Source of the DNA: Candidatus Omnitrophota bacterium
GTDB taxonomy: Bacteria; Omnitrophota; Gorgyraeia; Gygaellales; Profunditerraquicolaceae
Assembly: GCA_041650295.1 (NCBI GenBank)
Contig: JBAZLM010000002.1
Span: 118,911 to 182,910, forward strand
Direction of reading: 5' to 3'
DNA: 64,000 bases
In this document: piece by piece, positions 21,154 through 28,997 of the stretch
Position numbering within the stretch: the first letter of the stretch is position 1
Layout of the letters: the number at the start of each line of letters is the position of its first letter
The notes under the pieces: generated by a model
What the model saw: the letters and a program-made list of their open reading frames with translations, nothing else
The model's database searches: none
Told to the model about the DNA's origin: nothing
Position numbers and translations under genes: made by a program

Positions 21154-22061
21154 AATATTGGTTGTTGCTTTCGCGAATTCCCTTTTTGAGTGTGATGATT
21201 TTACCATATATCCTAGGGAGTCTTTATGCTAATTATATTACGGGGAAATTTAATTTAGTTATTTTTTTATTAGGTTTGAGTGGAGCAATGTTAGTGCAAT
21301 TAGCTACGCATTATGCTGGTGAAGTTTATGATATTAAGGAAGATCGTTTAAGCATAACTTTAGAGAAAAATTTTTTCTCTGGAGGAAGCCAGATACTGGT
21401 AGAGAATACTATTGCTCCTAAAAATGTAAAAATTTTAATTAAAGTTGTGATATTTTTAACTCTAGTTATTGGTGTTATTTTGCAGTTTTATTTTCATACT
21501 GGTAGATGGACATTATTATTGGGTGTATCGGGCTTATTATGCGGGGTTTTTTATTCCCAACCACCTTTGCGTTGGGTGAGTCGCGGAATAGGCGAGATAT
21601 TTATTGCTTATGCTTTTGGTTGGTTGGCAGTGAATACAGGTTACTATATTCAAACTGGTCAGTTTAATCTTTTGGCCACTTTGATCTCTTTGCCGATTGC
21701 TGCTACGGTGGTAAATATAATTTTGATTAATGAGTATCCGGATTATCCGGCGGATATTTTAGCCGGTAAGCGTAATCTTTTAGTGCGGATTGGTAAACAG
21801 AAAGTGGCGATAATTTATGTTTTGTTAGTGTTGATTGCTACGGTGACCTTTTTCTTAAGTTTAAGTAAGGGTTTTCCGATGATGAGCGCAGCATTCTGTT
21901 TTCCCGTATTTATTTTGGCGATTATTTTAGCTGCTAAGATGTTGTTAGGTGAGTATAAAGATCGCAAAAAATTAGAAAAGATCTGCGGCTTAACTATTTT
22001 GGTTAGTTTGGGTACGTCTTTAAGTTATATTTTAGGCTTATTGGTAAAAAACCCATGGTAA
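21144..22061 (+). CDS. UbiA-family aromatic prenyltransferase (MenA-like)
   Basis: About 8 TM helices. 'GEVYDIKED' (a D/ExxDxxxD variant) and 'DYPAD' (DxxxD) Mg-diphosphate motifs. Overlaps the upstream gene by 10 nt. Confidence 0.7.
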   Translation: MALKYWLLLSRIPFLSVMILPYILGSLYANYITGKFNLVIFLLGLSGAMLVQLATHYAGEVYDIKEDRLSITLEKNFFSGGSQILVENTIAPKNVKILIKVVIFLTLVIGVILQFYFHTGRWTLLLGVSGLLCGVFYSQPPLRWVSRGIGEIFIAYAFGWLAVNTGYYIQTGQFNLLATLISLPIAATVVNIILINEYPDYPADILAGKRNLLVRIGKQKVAIIYVLLVLIATVTFFLSLSKGFPMMSAAFCFPVFILAIILAAKMLLGEYKDRKKLEKICGLTILVSLGTSLSYILGLLVKNPW

Positions 22062-22534
22062 AAAATCAGGATTGTAAATTTATGCGTTTGGCAATTAAGA
22101 AGGCCAAAAGTGGGATTAGAAGAGGACAGACTCCTTTTGGTGCTTGCATTGTAAAGAATAATCGAGTAATTGCCTGTGAGCATAATATAGTTTGGAAGAA
22201 TATTGATATTACCGCACATGCCGAAATTACCGCTCTTAGAGCAGCATGTAATAAAGTTAAGCAAATTGATTTATCAGGGGCTACGATTTATTCTACTTGT
22301 GAGCCCTGTCCGATGTGTTTTTCTGCTTGTCACTGGGCTCGGATCTCGCGGATAGTTTATGGTGTTGGCATTAAAGATGCTAAAAAATTTGGTTTTAATG
22401 AATTAGCGATCTCTAATTTTAAACTAAAAAAGTTAGGTAAAAGTAAAATGCAAATTACTGCCGGATTATTGATGGCTGAGAATATCAAGCTTTTTAAGTT
22501 TTGGCAAAAGCAAGCTAAGATAAAAACATATTAA
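22055..22534 (+). CDS. CDA-fold nucleoside/nucleotide deaminase (TadA / guanine deaminase-like)
   Basis: 'HAEITALRAAC...STCEPCPMCFSACHWARISRIVYG' zinc-binding H-A-E / PC..C motifs. Confidence 0.7.
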   Translation: MVKNQDCKFMRLAIKKAKSGIRRGQTPFGACIVKNNRVIACEHNIVWKNIDITAHAEITALRAACNKVKQIDLSGATIYSTCEPCPMCFSACHWARISRIVYGVGIKDAKKFGFNELAISNFKLKKLGKSKMQITAGLLMAENIKLFKFWQKQAKIKTY

Positions 22535-22550
22535 CCGGATTTAAATTATT

Positions 22551-23273
22551 ATGTTAGAGATAAAAGCTCGACAATTAGGGGGTGTAGTGGTTTTAGATTT
22601 AGCTGGTCGTATTGACGTGGATTCTGCTAATCTAATTGAAGTGGTCGGACAATGCCTACGCGATGGATATTTAGATATTCTTTGTAATTTAGAAGATGTT
22701 GAAATGATCGATTATATGGGAGTGTCGGTAGTGGTGATTGCCTATAAAGAGGTAATTAATCATAATGGTAGAATAAAATTTTCTAATGTCCCAGTACATT
22801 TGCGCGGTGTATTTACTATCTCTGGCACAGACAGGGTGATGGAGATTTATGCTACTCAAGATTTAGCACTAAATAGTTTTAAAGAAGATAAGATTATTGA
22901 AAAAATTAAGAAGATGCAGCTGCGTCGCAGATTTAAGCGTCTACCAGTTGATTTAAAAGTTGAATTGAAATTTAAAACTCAGAGTTCACCGCATTGTTTA
23001 AAAGCAGAGGTAGTTAATTTAAGTGCGATTGGGGCATTTATCTTCGGTTGTAATAATTTTAAATTAGGTGATGAAGTGATACTTAAAATGAAGCTGGCGC
23101 CAAAGCAGGAAGAGCTGGAACTTGCTGCGCAGGTAGTTTGGGTGCCCGATAAACTAGTTCAGCTGCATGAATATCCGGGAATTGGCGTGGAATTTATTAA
23201 TATCTCATCTGTAAATCAGCATAAATTGATCGAATTCATCGATCGCAATCTTTCCCTTAGAACTTCGGATTAA
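22551..23273 (+). CDS. STAS-domain (anti-sigma-factor-antagonist-like) - PilZ-domain fusion protein
   Basis: N-terminal 'GVVVLDLAGRIDVDSANLIEVVGQ...IDYMGVSVVVIAYKEV' STAS fold. C-terminal 'RRRFKRLPVDLKVELKF...VVNLSAIGAFI...GIGVEFINIS' PilZ c-di-GMP-binding signature (RxxxR ... D/NxSxxG). Confidence 0.6.
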   Translation: MLEIKARQLGGVVVLDLAGRIDVDSANLIEVVGQCLRDGYLDILCNLEDVEMIDYMGVSVVVIAYKEVINHNGRIKFSNVPVHLRGVFTISGTDRVMEIYATQDLALNSFKEDKIIEKIKKMQLRRRFKRLPVDLKVELKFKTQSSPHCLKAEVVNLSAIGAFIFGCNNFKLGDEVILKMKLAPKQEELELAAQVVWVPDKLVQLHEYPGIGVEFINISSVNQHKLIEFIDRNLSLRTSD

Positions 23274-23287
23274 TTTAGTAAAAGCTG

Positions 23288-23510
23288 ACGCGGGTCCTGC
23301 CTTGTCTTGGTTCTCGCGGGAGCGCTTGTTGCGGCCTAGCGTGCCGCAACTACGCTCGGGTCGGCTGCGTCGCTCTGCCAAGACAAATCTAAGAGGCAAC
23401 CGTGCCCGCCCCGTTGTAAACCAAATCCTTTGAAAATTATAGTTTGCAACGGGGCCCGCTCCTTGCCTCCACGTCCCGCTCGAATCCAAGACAAGTCACC
23501 CGCTAATAGC
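23288..23510. repeat. GC-rich structured repeat, copy 1 (223 bp, includes a 52-nt hairpin insertion)
   Basis: Nearly identical to 33126-33296. 5' 'CCTTGTCTTGG...TCGCGGGAGCG' is complementary to 3' 'CGCTCC...TCCCGCTCGAATCCAAGACAAG'. Internal GTTGCGGC/GCCGCAAC hairpin. Local GC is far above the genome background. Confidence 0.7.
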
Positions 23511-23517
23511 TTAAATT

Positions 23518-23773
23518 AAATAATCCTGTTGGTTTTCGAGTGAGTGTCGATTTTAGCAAAAGCAGCTTGAGTAGCCAAGGTATCCCCGTGGAGTTCGCCA
23601 ACGGTTTAATGGCGAACGACAAAACGGGGACGGCGAAGCTGTTCGAGTAGTTTTTGTTAGAACAAAAACTACGAGTTCTGCAGCCGCTTGGCTACGAAAG
23701 ATCTTTTGCGTCCGCCTGTACTTTGTTGTCGTGGCGGAAATCGACCCGAACGAGAAAAACAACAGGATTATTT
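23518..23773. repeat. 256-bp element bounded by about 35-bp imperfect terminal inverted repeats (MITE-like, or a long-hairpin ncRNA)
   Basis: Left end 'AATAATCCTGTTGGTTTTCGAGTGAGTGTCGATTT'. Reverse complement of the right end 'AATAATCCTGTTGTTTTTCTCGTTCGGGTCGATTT'. Interior folds into nested hairpins (GTTCGCCA/TGGCGAAC, TAGTTTTTGTT/AACAAAAACTA, GCCAAGG/CCGCTTGGC). Confidence 0.55.
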
Positions 23774-23897
23774 CAATGTCTATATCTTGTTGTCGGACTT
23801 AAGTTTTAGGAGGGAAATCATTTGCTCGCAGGGCTTGCGTATGTTATCATAATTATTCATAAATGTTTAATTAATAGAGAGATTTGAGCTTAAAATT

Positions 23898-24959
23898 ATG
23901 TCTTCTGTCCGTGAATATCTTTATAATTTAGTGACTGGTAAGATCAGTGGACCGGTGGCAGTGTTTTTACGTGCTTGCCTGTGGGTGCTCTCACTGGTTT
24001 ATGGTTTAGGGGTTACTATTTTGGCCAATTTTTACCGTGCAAAGGCCAAGCGTTTTAAGGCCAAAGTAATTAGCGTGGGCAATATTACTTTAGGGGGTAC
24101 GGGTAAAACTACTTTAGTGGAATATTTAAGTAGTAAAATAACTTCAGCTGGTCATAAAGTTGCGGTGTTAAGTCGAGGCTATAAGCGTGATACTCGTCGT
24201 CTGGGCACTCAAAGCTTAGGTGATGAGCCTACGATGCTAGTCAAGAATTTGCCGTTAGTAAAAGTGGTAGTGAATAAAAATAGGATTAAAGGAGCGCAAA
24301 CCGCGATTGATGGTTATGCTGCGGATACTTTGATTATTGATGATGGCTTGCAACAATGGAAGATCGCTAAAGACTTAGAGATCGTGACTATTGATGCGGC
24401 TAATCCTTTTGGAAATGGTCGCTTGCTTCCAGCAGGATTTTTACGTGAGCCACTAAGTGCTTTAAAGCGGGCGGATGTTTTTGTTTTGACTCAAGTTAGG
24501 CCAGAGCAGGATATCGTTGAGCTTTACGCCAGATTAAGAGGAATAAATTCTCGAGCTTTAATTGTGGAGTCTATTCATAAAATGGATGGGTTTAATAGTT
24601 TGAGTACTCCGAATGAAACCTTAGATTTAAATTCTTTTAAAAGTAAGATTGCGGTAGTTTTTTCTGGTATTGGTAACCCAGAAGGATTTGAAAAAAATAT
24701 TCAGGACTTAGGAATTCATGTTGCAAAATCGTTTAGGTTTATCGATCACCATGATTATCTGCAGGCGGATATCGATAAAATTATAAAAATGGCCCGTTTG
24801 ATGCAGGCAGATACAATTATTACCACACAAAAAGATGCGGTAAAGATTAGGGAGTTAGAAATTAAAGGTGCACAGATTGTTTGGTTGAATATAAAACTGA
24901 GTATTACTCACAATGAAACAGAATTTAATCGCCGATTACTTAAGTTGTATTCTCTTTAG
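23898..24959 (+). CDS. lpxK: Tetraacyldisaccharide 4'-kinase
   Basis: 'VISVGNITLGGTGKTTLVEYL' P-loop. C-terminal 'DHHDY...TTQKDAVKI'. Confidence 0.8.
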   Translation: MSSVREYLYNLVTGKISGPVAVFLRACLWVLSLVYGLGVTILANFYRAKAKRFKAKVISVGNITLGGTGKTTLVEYLSSKITSAGHKVAVLSRGYKRDTRRLGTQSLGDEPTMLVKNLPLVKVVVNKNRIKGAQTAIDGYAADTLIIDDGLQQWKIAKDLEIVTIDAANPFGNGRLLPAGFLREPLSALKRADVFVLTQVRPEQDIVELYARLRGINSRALIVESIHKMDGFNSLSTPNETLDLNSFKSKIAVVFSGIGNPEGFEKNIQDLGIHVAKSFRFIDHHDYLQADIDKIIKMARLMQADTIITTQKDAVKIRELEIKGAQIVWLNIKLSITHNETEFNRRLLKLYSL

Positions 24960-26832
24960 AGGTTTAAGTTTTTTTACTTATTTTTTACCTCTGGATGTTA
25001 GCCTTTTTTTGGGTCGCAGGCTAGGAGATCTGGTCTATCTTTTTGATCGTAAGCATCGCTTAATTGCTAATGCTAATATTAGAAAGACGGTCGCTAATAA
25101 TTTTGATCTTTCATCTAGCAAAAAGATTACGCGTAAAGCTTATCAGGCGTTTGGTCAAAATATTGTAGAGATTTCGCTTATCCCGCGGATTAATCAAGCC
25201 TATCTAAAAAAATATATTCAATTTGAAAATCAACATTATAAAGATGAAGCCTTTAAGCGGGGTAAAGGAGTAATCTTTTTGATTGTGCACGAGGGTAACT
25301 GGGAGCTTTCCAATATTATCTGTGCGAATTTAGGTTTTCCTTTTGTCTTGTTTATTCGTGATCAAGGTTTTCCCAGATTAAATGCATTATTAAACTCCTA
25401 TCGGCTTAAACAGGGATCTAAGATTATTCATAAAACAGCCGGGGTACGTCAGTTAATTGAAACTTTAAAAGCAAATCAAGGAATTGGCATGACCGTAGAC
25501 CAAGGCGGTAAAGCTGGAGAGATTGTTAAATTTTTTGGCAAAGATGCCTCGATGTCGACTGGCGCAGTAAAGATGGCTTTAAAATACGACTGTGCAATTA
25601 TTCCGATCTTTTATACCCGAATTAATGGCCCACATACCAAAGTAATTTTAGATCAGGTTTTTACGGTTACTAGAAGTGATGACCCGCAAAAGGACTTAAA
25701 AAATAATTTACAGAGATTGATCAATCTTTATGAAAAGTATCTGCGTCAATATCCGCATGAATATTTGTGGACTTATAAAATTTGGAAGTATGGATTAGAA
25801 AGAGAAATTTTGATTTTGTCTGATGGTAAGACCGGACACCTACGTCAATCTGAAGGCTTAGCTAAGTTGATGATTGAGCAATTAGCTAAGCGTAAGATAA
25901 AAACTAATTTATCGGTGGTAGAGATAAAATTTCGCTCGTCGGTTTTTAGATTTATTTTTAATTATTTATCGTTGGCTAAATTGCGTTGTTTGCGTTTTGC
26001 TTTAACTAAAGAAAGCTGGGAGAGGGTAGTTAATTTAAAACCAGATTTTATTATCTCTACCGGTAGCGCAATTAGCGGGGTAAATTACTGCTTGGCTAAA
26101 GAAAATCAAGCTAAGTCGGTGGTGTTGATGCGACCAGCGAAATTTAAGAAATTTGATTTAGTCGTTATCCCTGAACATGATCGGCCGATAAAGGCAAAAA
26201 ATGTGGTGATTACTCAAGGAGCGCTTAATTTAATTGACCTTAATTATTTAAATCAAAGTTCAAAGAGATTAGAGCAATCTGGTTTATTAAAAGCTCCACT
26301 GTCTAATCTTTGCATTGGAATATTGATTGGTGGCAATAGCAAAAAATTTAATATCTCTGTTGATGATATAAAAGAGTTGTCTAGGCGAATTAAGAAATCT
26401 GCACAAAGTTTAAATGCGGATATTTTAATTTCTACTTCTCGGCGTACCTCTTCGCTAGTAGAGCAGGTGATCAAAGAGGAATTTATTAATTATCCTAATT
26501 GTAAATTGCTAGTTGTGGCTAATGAAAATAATAATCCTGATGTTGTAGGGGGAATTTTAGGATTAAGTAATATTGTGATTTGTTCGCCGGAAAGTATTTC
26601 AATGATCTCTGAAGCAGTGGCCGCAGAAAAGTATGTGCTTGTTTATCGGGCCAAAGGCCTAAGCCAGAAACATCAGAAATTTTTAAACCGCTATCATAAG
26701 CAGGGATATATATATTTAAAAGAAATTAATGAGTTAACCGGAGCAATTGAGCAGATCTGGTTACAGCAACCTAAGATTAATTCACCTAAGGATAATCTAA
26801 AAGTAAGTGATGCATTAAATAAAATACTATGA
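24913..26832 (+). CDS. Lipid A lauroyl/myristoyl acyltransferase (LpxL/HtrB family) fused to a C-terminal Elm1/DUF1022-like (GT-B-like) domain
   Basis: N-terminal about 290 aa. 'GKGVIFLIVHEGNWEL' is the HX4E-variant acyltransferase motif and 'YPHEYLWTYK' matches LpxL. C-terminal about 340 aa starts 'ILILSDGKTGHLRQSEGLAKLM', resembling Elm1-like proteins. Confidence 0.6.
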   Translation: MKQNLIADYLSCILFRGLSFFTYFLPLDVSLFLGRRLGDLVYLFDRKHRLIANANIRKTVANNFDLSSSKKITRKAYQAFGQNIVEISLIPRINQAYLKKYIQFENQHYKDEAFKRGKGVIFLIVHEGNWELSNIICANLGFPFVLFIRDQGFPRLNALLNSYRLKQGSKIIHKTAGVRQLIETLKANQGIGMTVDQGGKAGEIVKFFGKDASMSTGAVKMALKYDCAIIPIFYTRINGPHTKVILDQVFTVTRSDDPQKDLKNNLQRLINLYEKYLRQYPHEYLWTYKIWKYGLEREILILSDGKTGHLRQSEGLAKLMIEQLAKRKIKTNLSVVEIKFRSSVFRFIFNYLSLAKLRCLRFALTKESWERVVNLKPDFIISTGSAISGVNYCLAKENQAKSVVLMRPAKFKKFDLVVIPEHDRPIKAKNVVITQGALNLIDLNYLNQSSKRLEQSGLLKAPLSNLCIGILIGGNSKKFNISVDDIKELSRRIKKSAQSLNADILISTSRRTSSLVEQVIKEEFINYPNCKLLVVANENNNPDVVGGILGLSNIVICSPESISMISEAVAAEKYVLVYRAKGLSQKHQKFLNRYHKQGYIYLKEINELTGAIEQIWLQQPKINSPKDNLKVSDALNKIL

Positions 26833-26906
26833 ACCCCGTTACATCTCTAATTTGTGATTTTAGAGATTTAAGGGGTTAGGAATAAAAAAGGAGATGTAAC
26901 GGGGTG
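26832..26906 (+). promoter_or_regulatory. Candidate RBS/start-codon-sequestering RNA switch in the leader of the GT4-GT9 gene
   Basis: CCCCGTTACATCTC (26834-26847) is the perfect 14-nt complement of GAGATGTAACGGGG (26891-26904), which contains part of the SD (AAGGAG 26887-26892) and the G of GTG start 26904. Mutually exclusive alternative: AACCCC (26832-37)/GGGGTT (26872-77) closing the hairpin ATCTCTAA/TTAGAGAT (26844-26868). Confidence 0.4.
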
Positions 26907-28997
26907 AAAATATTACAAATATTACCGGAGCTAAATGTTGGCGGAGTAGAAACTGGAACACTAGATCTTTCGAAATATCTGGTGCGTTTGGGGCATAAAT
27001 CGGTGGTGGTTTCTGCCGGGGGATCATTGGTTAAAGAGTTAGAGGCCAGTGGGGCAAAGCATTATACGCTACCGGTAAATAAAAAATCAATAATTTCTAT
27101 TTATAAATTAATTCCGGTATTAGCCCAGATAATTAAGCAAGAAGAGATTGATATTGTGCATGCTCGTTCTAGGGTTCCGGCTTGGATTGCTTTTTTTGCC
27201 TGCCGCAGAACCAAAGCTATCTTTATTACTACTTGTCACGGTTATTATAAAAAACATTTATTTAGTTCAGTAATGGGCTGGGGCAAAAGAGTAATTGTTT
27301 TAAGCAATGTGATTGCTCGGCACATGATTGAAGATTTTTTTGTACCGCATGAACGAATTAACTTGGTGCCGCGCAGTGTAGATTTAGAAAGATTTAAATA
27401 CTCTGATCCGCAAGTTAAAAGAAAAGATGTTTTTAACGTGGGAATTATCGGTAGGATTACTCCTTTAAAGGGACACTTGCATTTTATTAAAGCGATGGCG
27501 CGTATCTCTAGATTAGTGCCGCGGCTAAAGATTTGGATTGTCGGGGATGCTCCGGCTTCAAAAGAAGCATATAAAGAAGAGGTACAAGTTTTAGTGCGCA
27601 GGTTAGGACTTTGGCATTGTACCGAATTTTTAGGTACGCAACGCGATATTCCGGGAATATTAGCGCATTTGGATTTGGTAGTTTTGGCCACGACTACGCA
27701 TGAAGCATTTGGTAGAGTGGTGGTAGAAGCGATGGCCTCAGGGGTACCGGTGGTAGCCACCAGAGTCGGTGGGGTAGTAGATATTATTGAGGACGGTAAG
27801 GACGGATTTTTAGTACCTCCTGCGGATGCTAAAAGTATGGCCGAGGCAATCATGCGTATTTTTAATGATGCGCAATTAGCTAAAGATATGGCGCTGGCTG
27901 CGTATGAAAAAGTTAAATTAAAATATAATGTAGAGTTGATGGTTAAGAATACTTTGGATGTCTACCGACAGGCTTTGAGTAATTTTAAAATTTTAATTAT
28001 TAAATTTAGTTCTTTAGGGGACATTATTCTTTCTACTGCTGCATTAAGAGCAATTCGAGAAAAGTTTAATAAAGAGAATTTTAAATTAAGTTTTTTAGTG
28101 CAAGAAGAATCAAAGGAGTTGCTTCTTAGAAGTCCTTATATTGATGAGTTGTTAGTTTGTGATTTGAAAAATCGCGATAAAGGTTGGATGGGCTTATGGG
28201 TGATGGGCAAAATTTTAAGAAATAAAGGTTTTGATATTGTTATTGATCTACAGAATAATCGGGCTAGTCATATTTTATCTTATCTGAGCGGTTGTATTAA
28301 TCGTTACGGATACAGTAATAAAAAATTTGATTTTTTACTTAATCATACGATTGTGGATGATAAGCCTCCGATTGATCCAGTTACTCATCAATTCCGTATT
28401 TTAAAGTTGCTGGGGGTGGATCTCTTAGATAATCGACTTGAACTTTGGCCTTCGATTGAAGATGAAAAATTGGTGGATGAGCTTTTAAATGCGCAGTGGA
28501 TTAGCCAGATGCAAAAAATTGTGGGAATTAATATTAGTGCTTCTAAAAGATGGGCCACTAAACGTTGGCCTTTAGAATACTTGACTTGTCTTTGTCAGGA
28601 GTTAGAGCTAAAAGATATTCGGGTAGTCATTACCGGTACCGCTGATGATTTGGATTTTGCCAATGCTTTGGTTAGTTCATTAAAAAATACGAAGATCATT
28701 AATGCTTGTGGAAAAACTTCGATTAATGAGTTAGCAATTTTAATTAAAAAATGTCATGTTTTTATTTCGGCTGATTCCTCACCTTTACATATTGCCTCAG
28801 CCGTAGGGACACCATTTGTGGCATTATTTGGTCCAACTGATCAGCGTCGACATCTACCTCCTGGTAAAAATTGTATTGTGATTAATAAAAATTTAAATTG
28901 TAGCCCTTGTTATAAAACCAAATGTCGTTCTAAGCGCTGCATGATTGAGATTAATCCGGCAGAGGTTTTAGAGGCAGTGCATAAATTACTTAAATGA
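26904..28997 (+). CDS. Fused GT4 glycosyltransferase (N) / GT9 ADP-heptose:LPS heptosyltransferase (C)
   Basis: GTG start with AGGAG RBS. N-terminal 'MKILQILPELNVGGVETGTLDL...EAFGRVVVEAMASGVPVVAT' GT4. C-terminal 'ILIIKFSSLGDIILSTAALRAIREKF...ADSSPLHIASAVGTPFVALFGPTD' GT9. 697 aa. Confidence 0.7.
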   Translation: MKILQILPELNVGGVETGTLDLSKYLVRLGHKSVVVSAGGSLVKELEASGAKHYTLPVNKKSIISIYKLIPVLAQIIKQEEIDIVHARSRVPAWIAFFACRRTKAIFITTCHGYYKKHLFSSVMGWGKRVIVLSNVIARHMIEDFFVPHERINLVPRSVDLERFKYSDPQVKRKDVFNVGIIGRITPLKGHLHFIKAMARISRLVPRLKIWIVGDAPASKEAYKEEVQVLVRRLGLWHCTEFLGTQRDIPGILAHLDLVVLATTTHEAFGRVVVEAMASGVPVVATRVGGVVDIIEDGKDGFLVPPADAKSMAEAIMRIFNDAQLAKDMALAAYEKVKLKYNVELMVKNTLDVYRQALSNFKILIIKFSSLGDIILSTAALRAIREKFNKENFKLSFLVQEESKELLLRSPYIDELLVCDLKNRDKGWMGLWVMGKILRNKGFDIVIDLQNNRASHILSYLSGCINRYGYSNKKFDFLLNHTIVDDKPPIDPVTHQFRILKLLGVDLLDNRLELWPSIEDEKLVDELLNAQWISQMQKIVGINISASKRWATKRWPLEYLTCLCQELELKDIRVVITGTADDLDFANALVSSLKNTKIINACGKTSINELAILIKKCHVFISADSSPLHIASAVGTPFVALFGPTDQRRHLPPGKNCIVINKNLNCSPCYKTKCRSKRCMIEINPAEVLEAVHKLLK

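Noticed and set aside
23205-23489. 94-aa minus-strand ORF (and 33124-33324 -, 33137-33352 +, 33069-33284 -) sharing the peptide 'PLRFVLAERRSRPERSCGTLGRNKRSRENQDKA'
   Set aside because: The shared peptide arises only because both ORFs read through the two copies of the GC-rich repeat. The sequences are Arg/Ser/Pro-rich low-complexity, lack RBS context and overlap the gene ends. They are artefacts of open frames in GC-rich DNA
23470-23500. tRNA-like T-loop motif 'CGCTCGAATCC' in the GC-rich repeat, and a tmRNA-like 'GCCTCCAC' string
   Set aside because: There is no complementary T-stem, acceptor stem or anticodon arm, so the cloverleaf cannot be drawn. The motif order does not match the tmRNA 3' end. 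The resemblance is treated as coincidental
23553-23762. 69-aa minus-strand ORF inside the TIR-bounded element
   Set aside because: It lies entirely within a hairpin-rich non-coding element, has no RBS, and encodes a low-complexity Arg/Thr-rich peptide
27245-27853. 202-aa minus-strand ORF antisense to the GT4-GT9 gene, and the other 60-116-aa antisense ORFs in the track (e.g. 645-929, 3635-3955, 13599-13919, 19898-20248, 38189-38527, 43690-44040)
   Set aside because: All are embedded antisense within well-supported plus-strand genes with recognisable domains. They have low-complexity composition and no RBS
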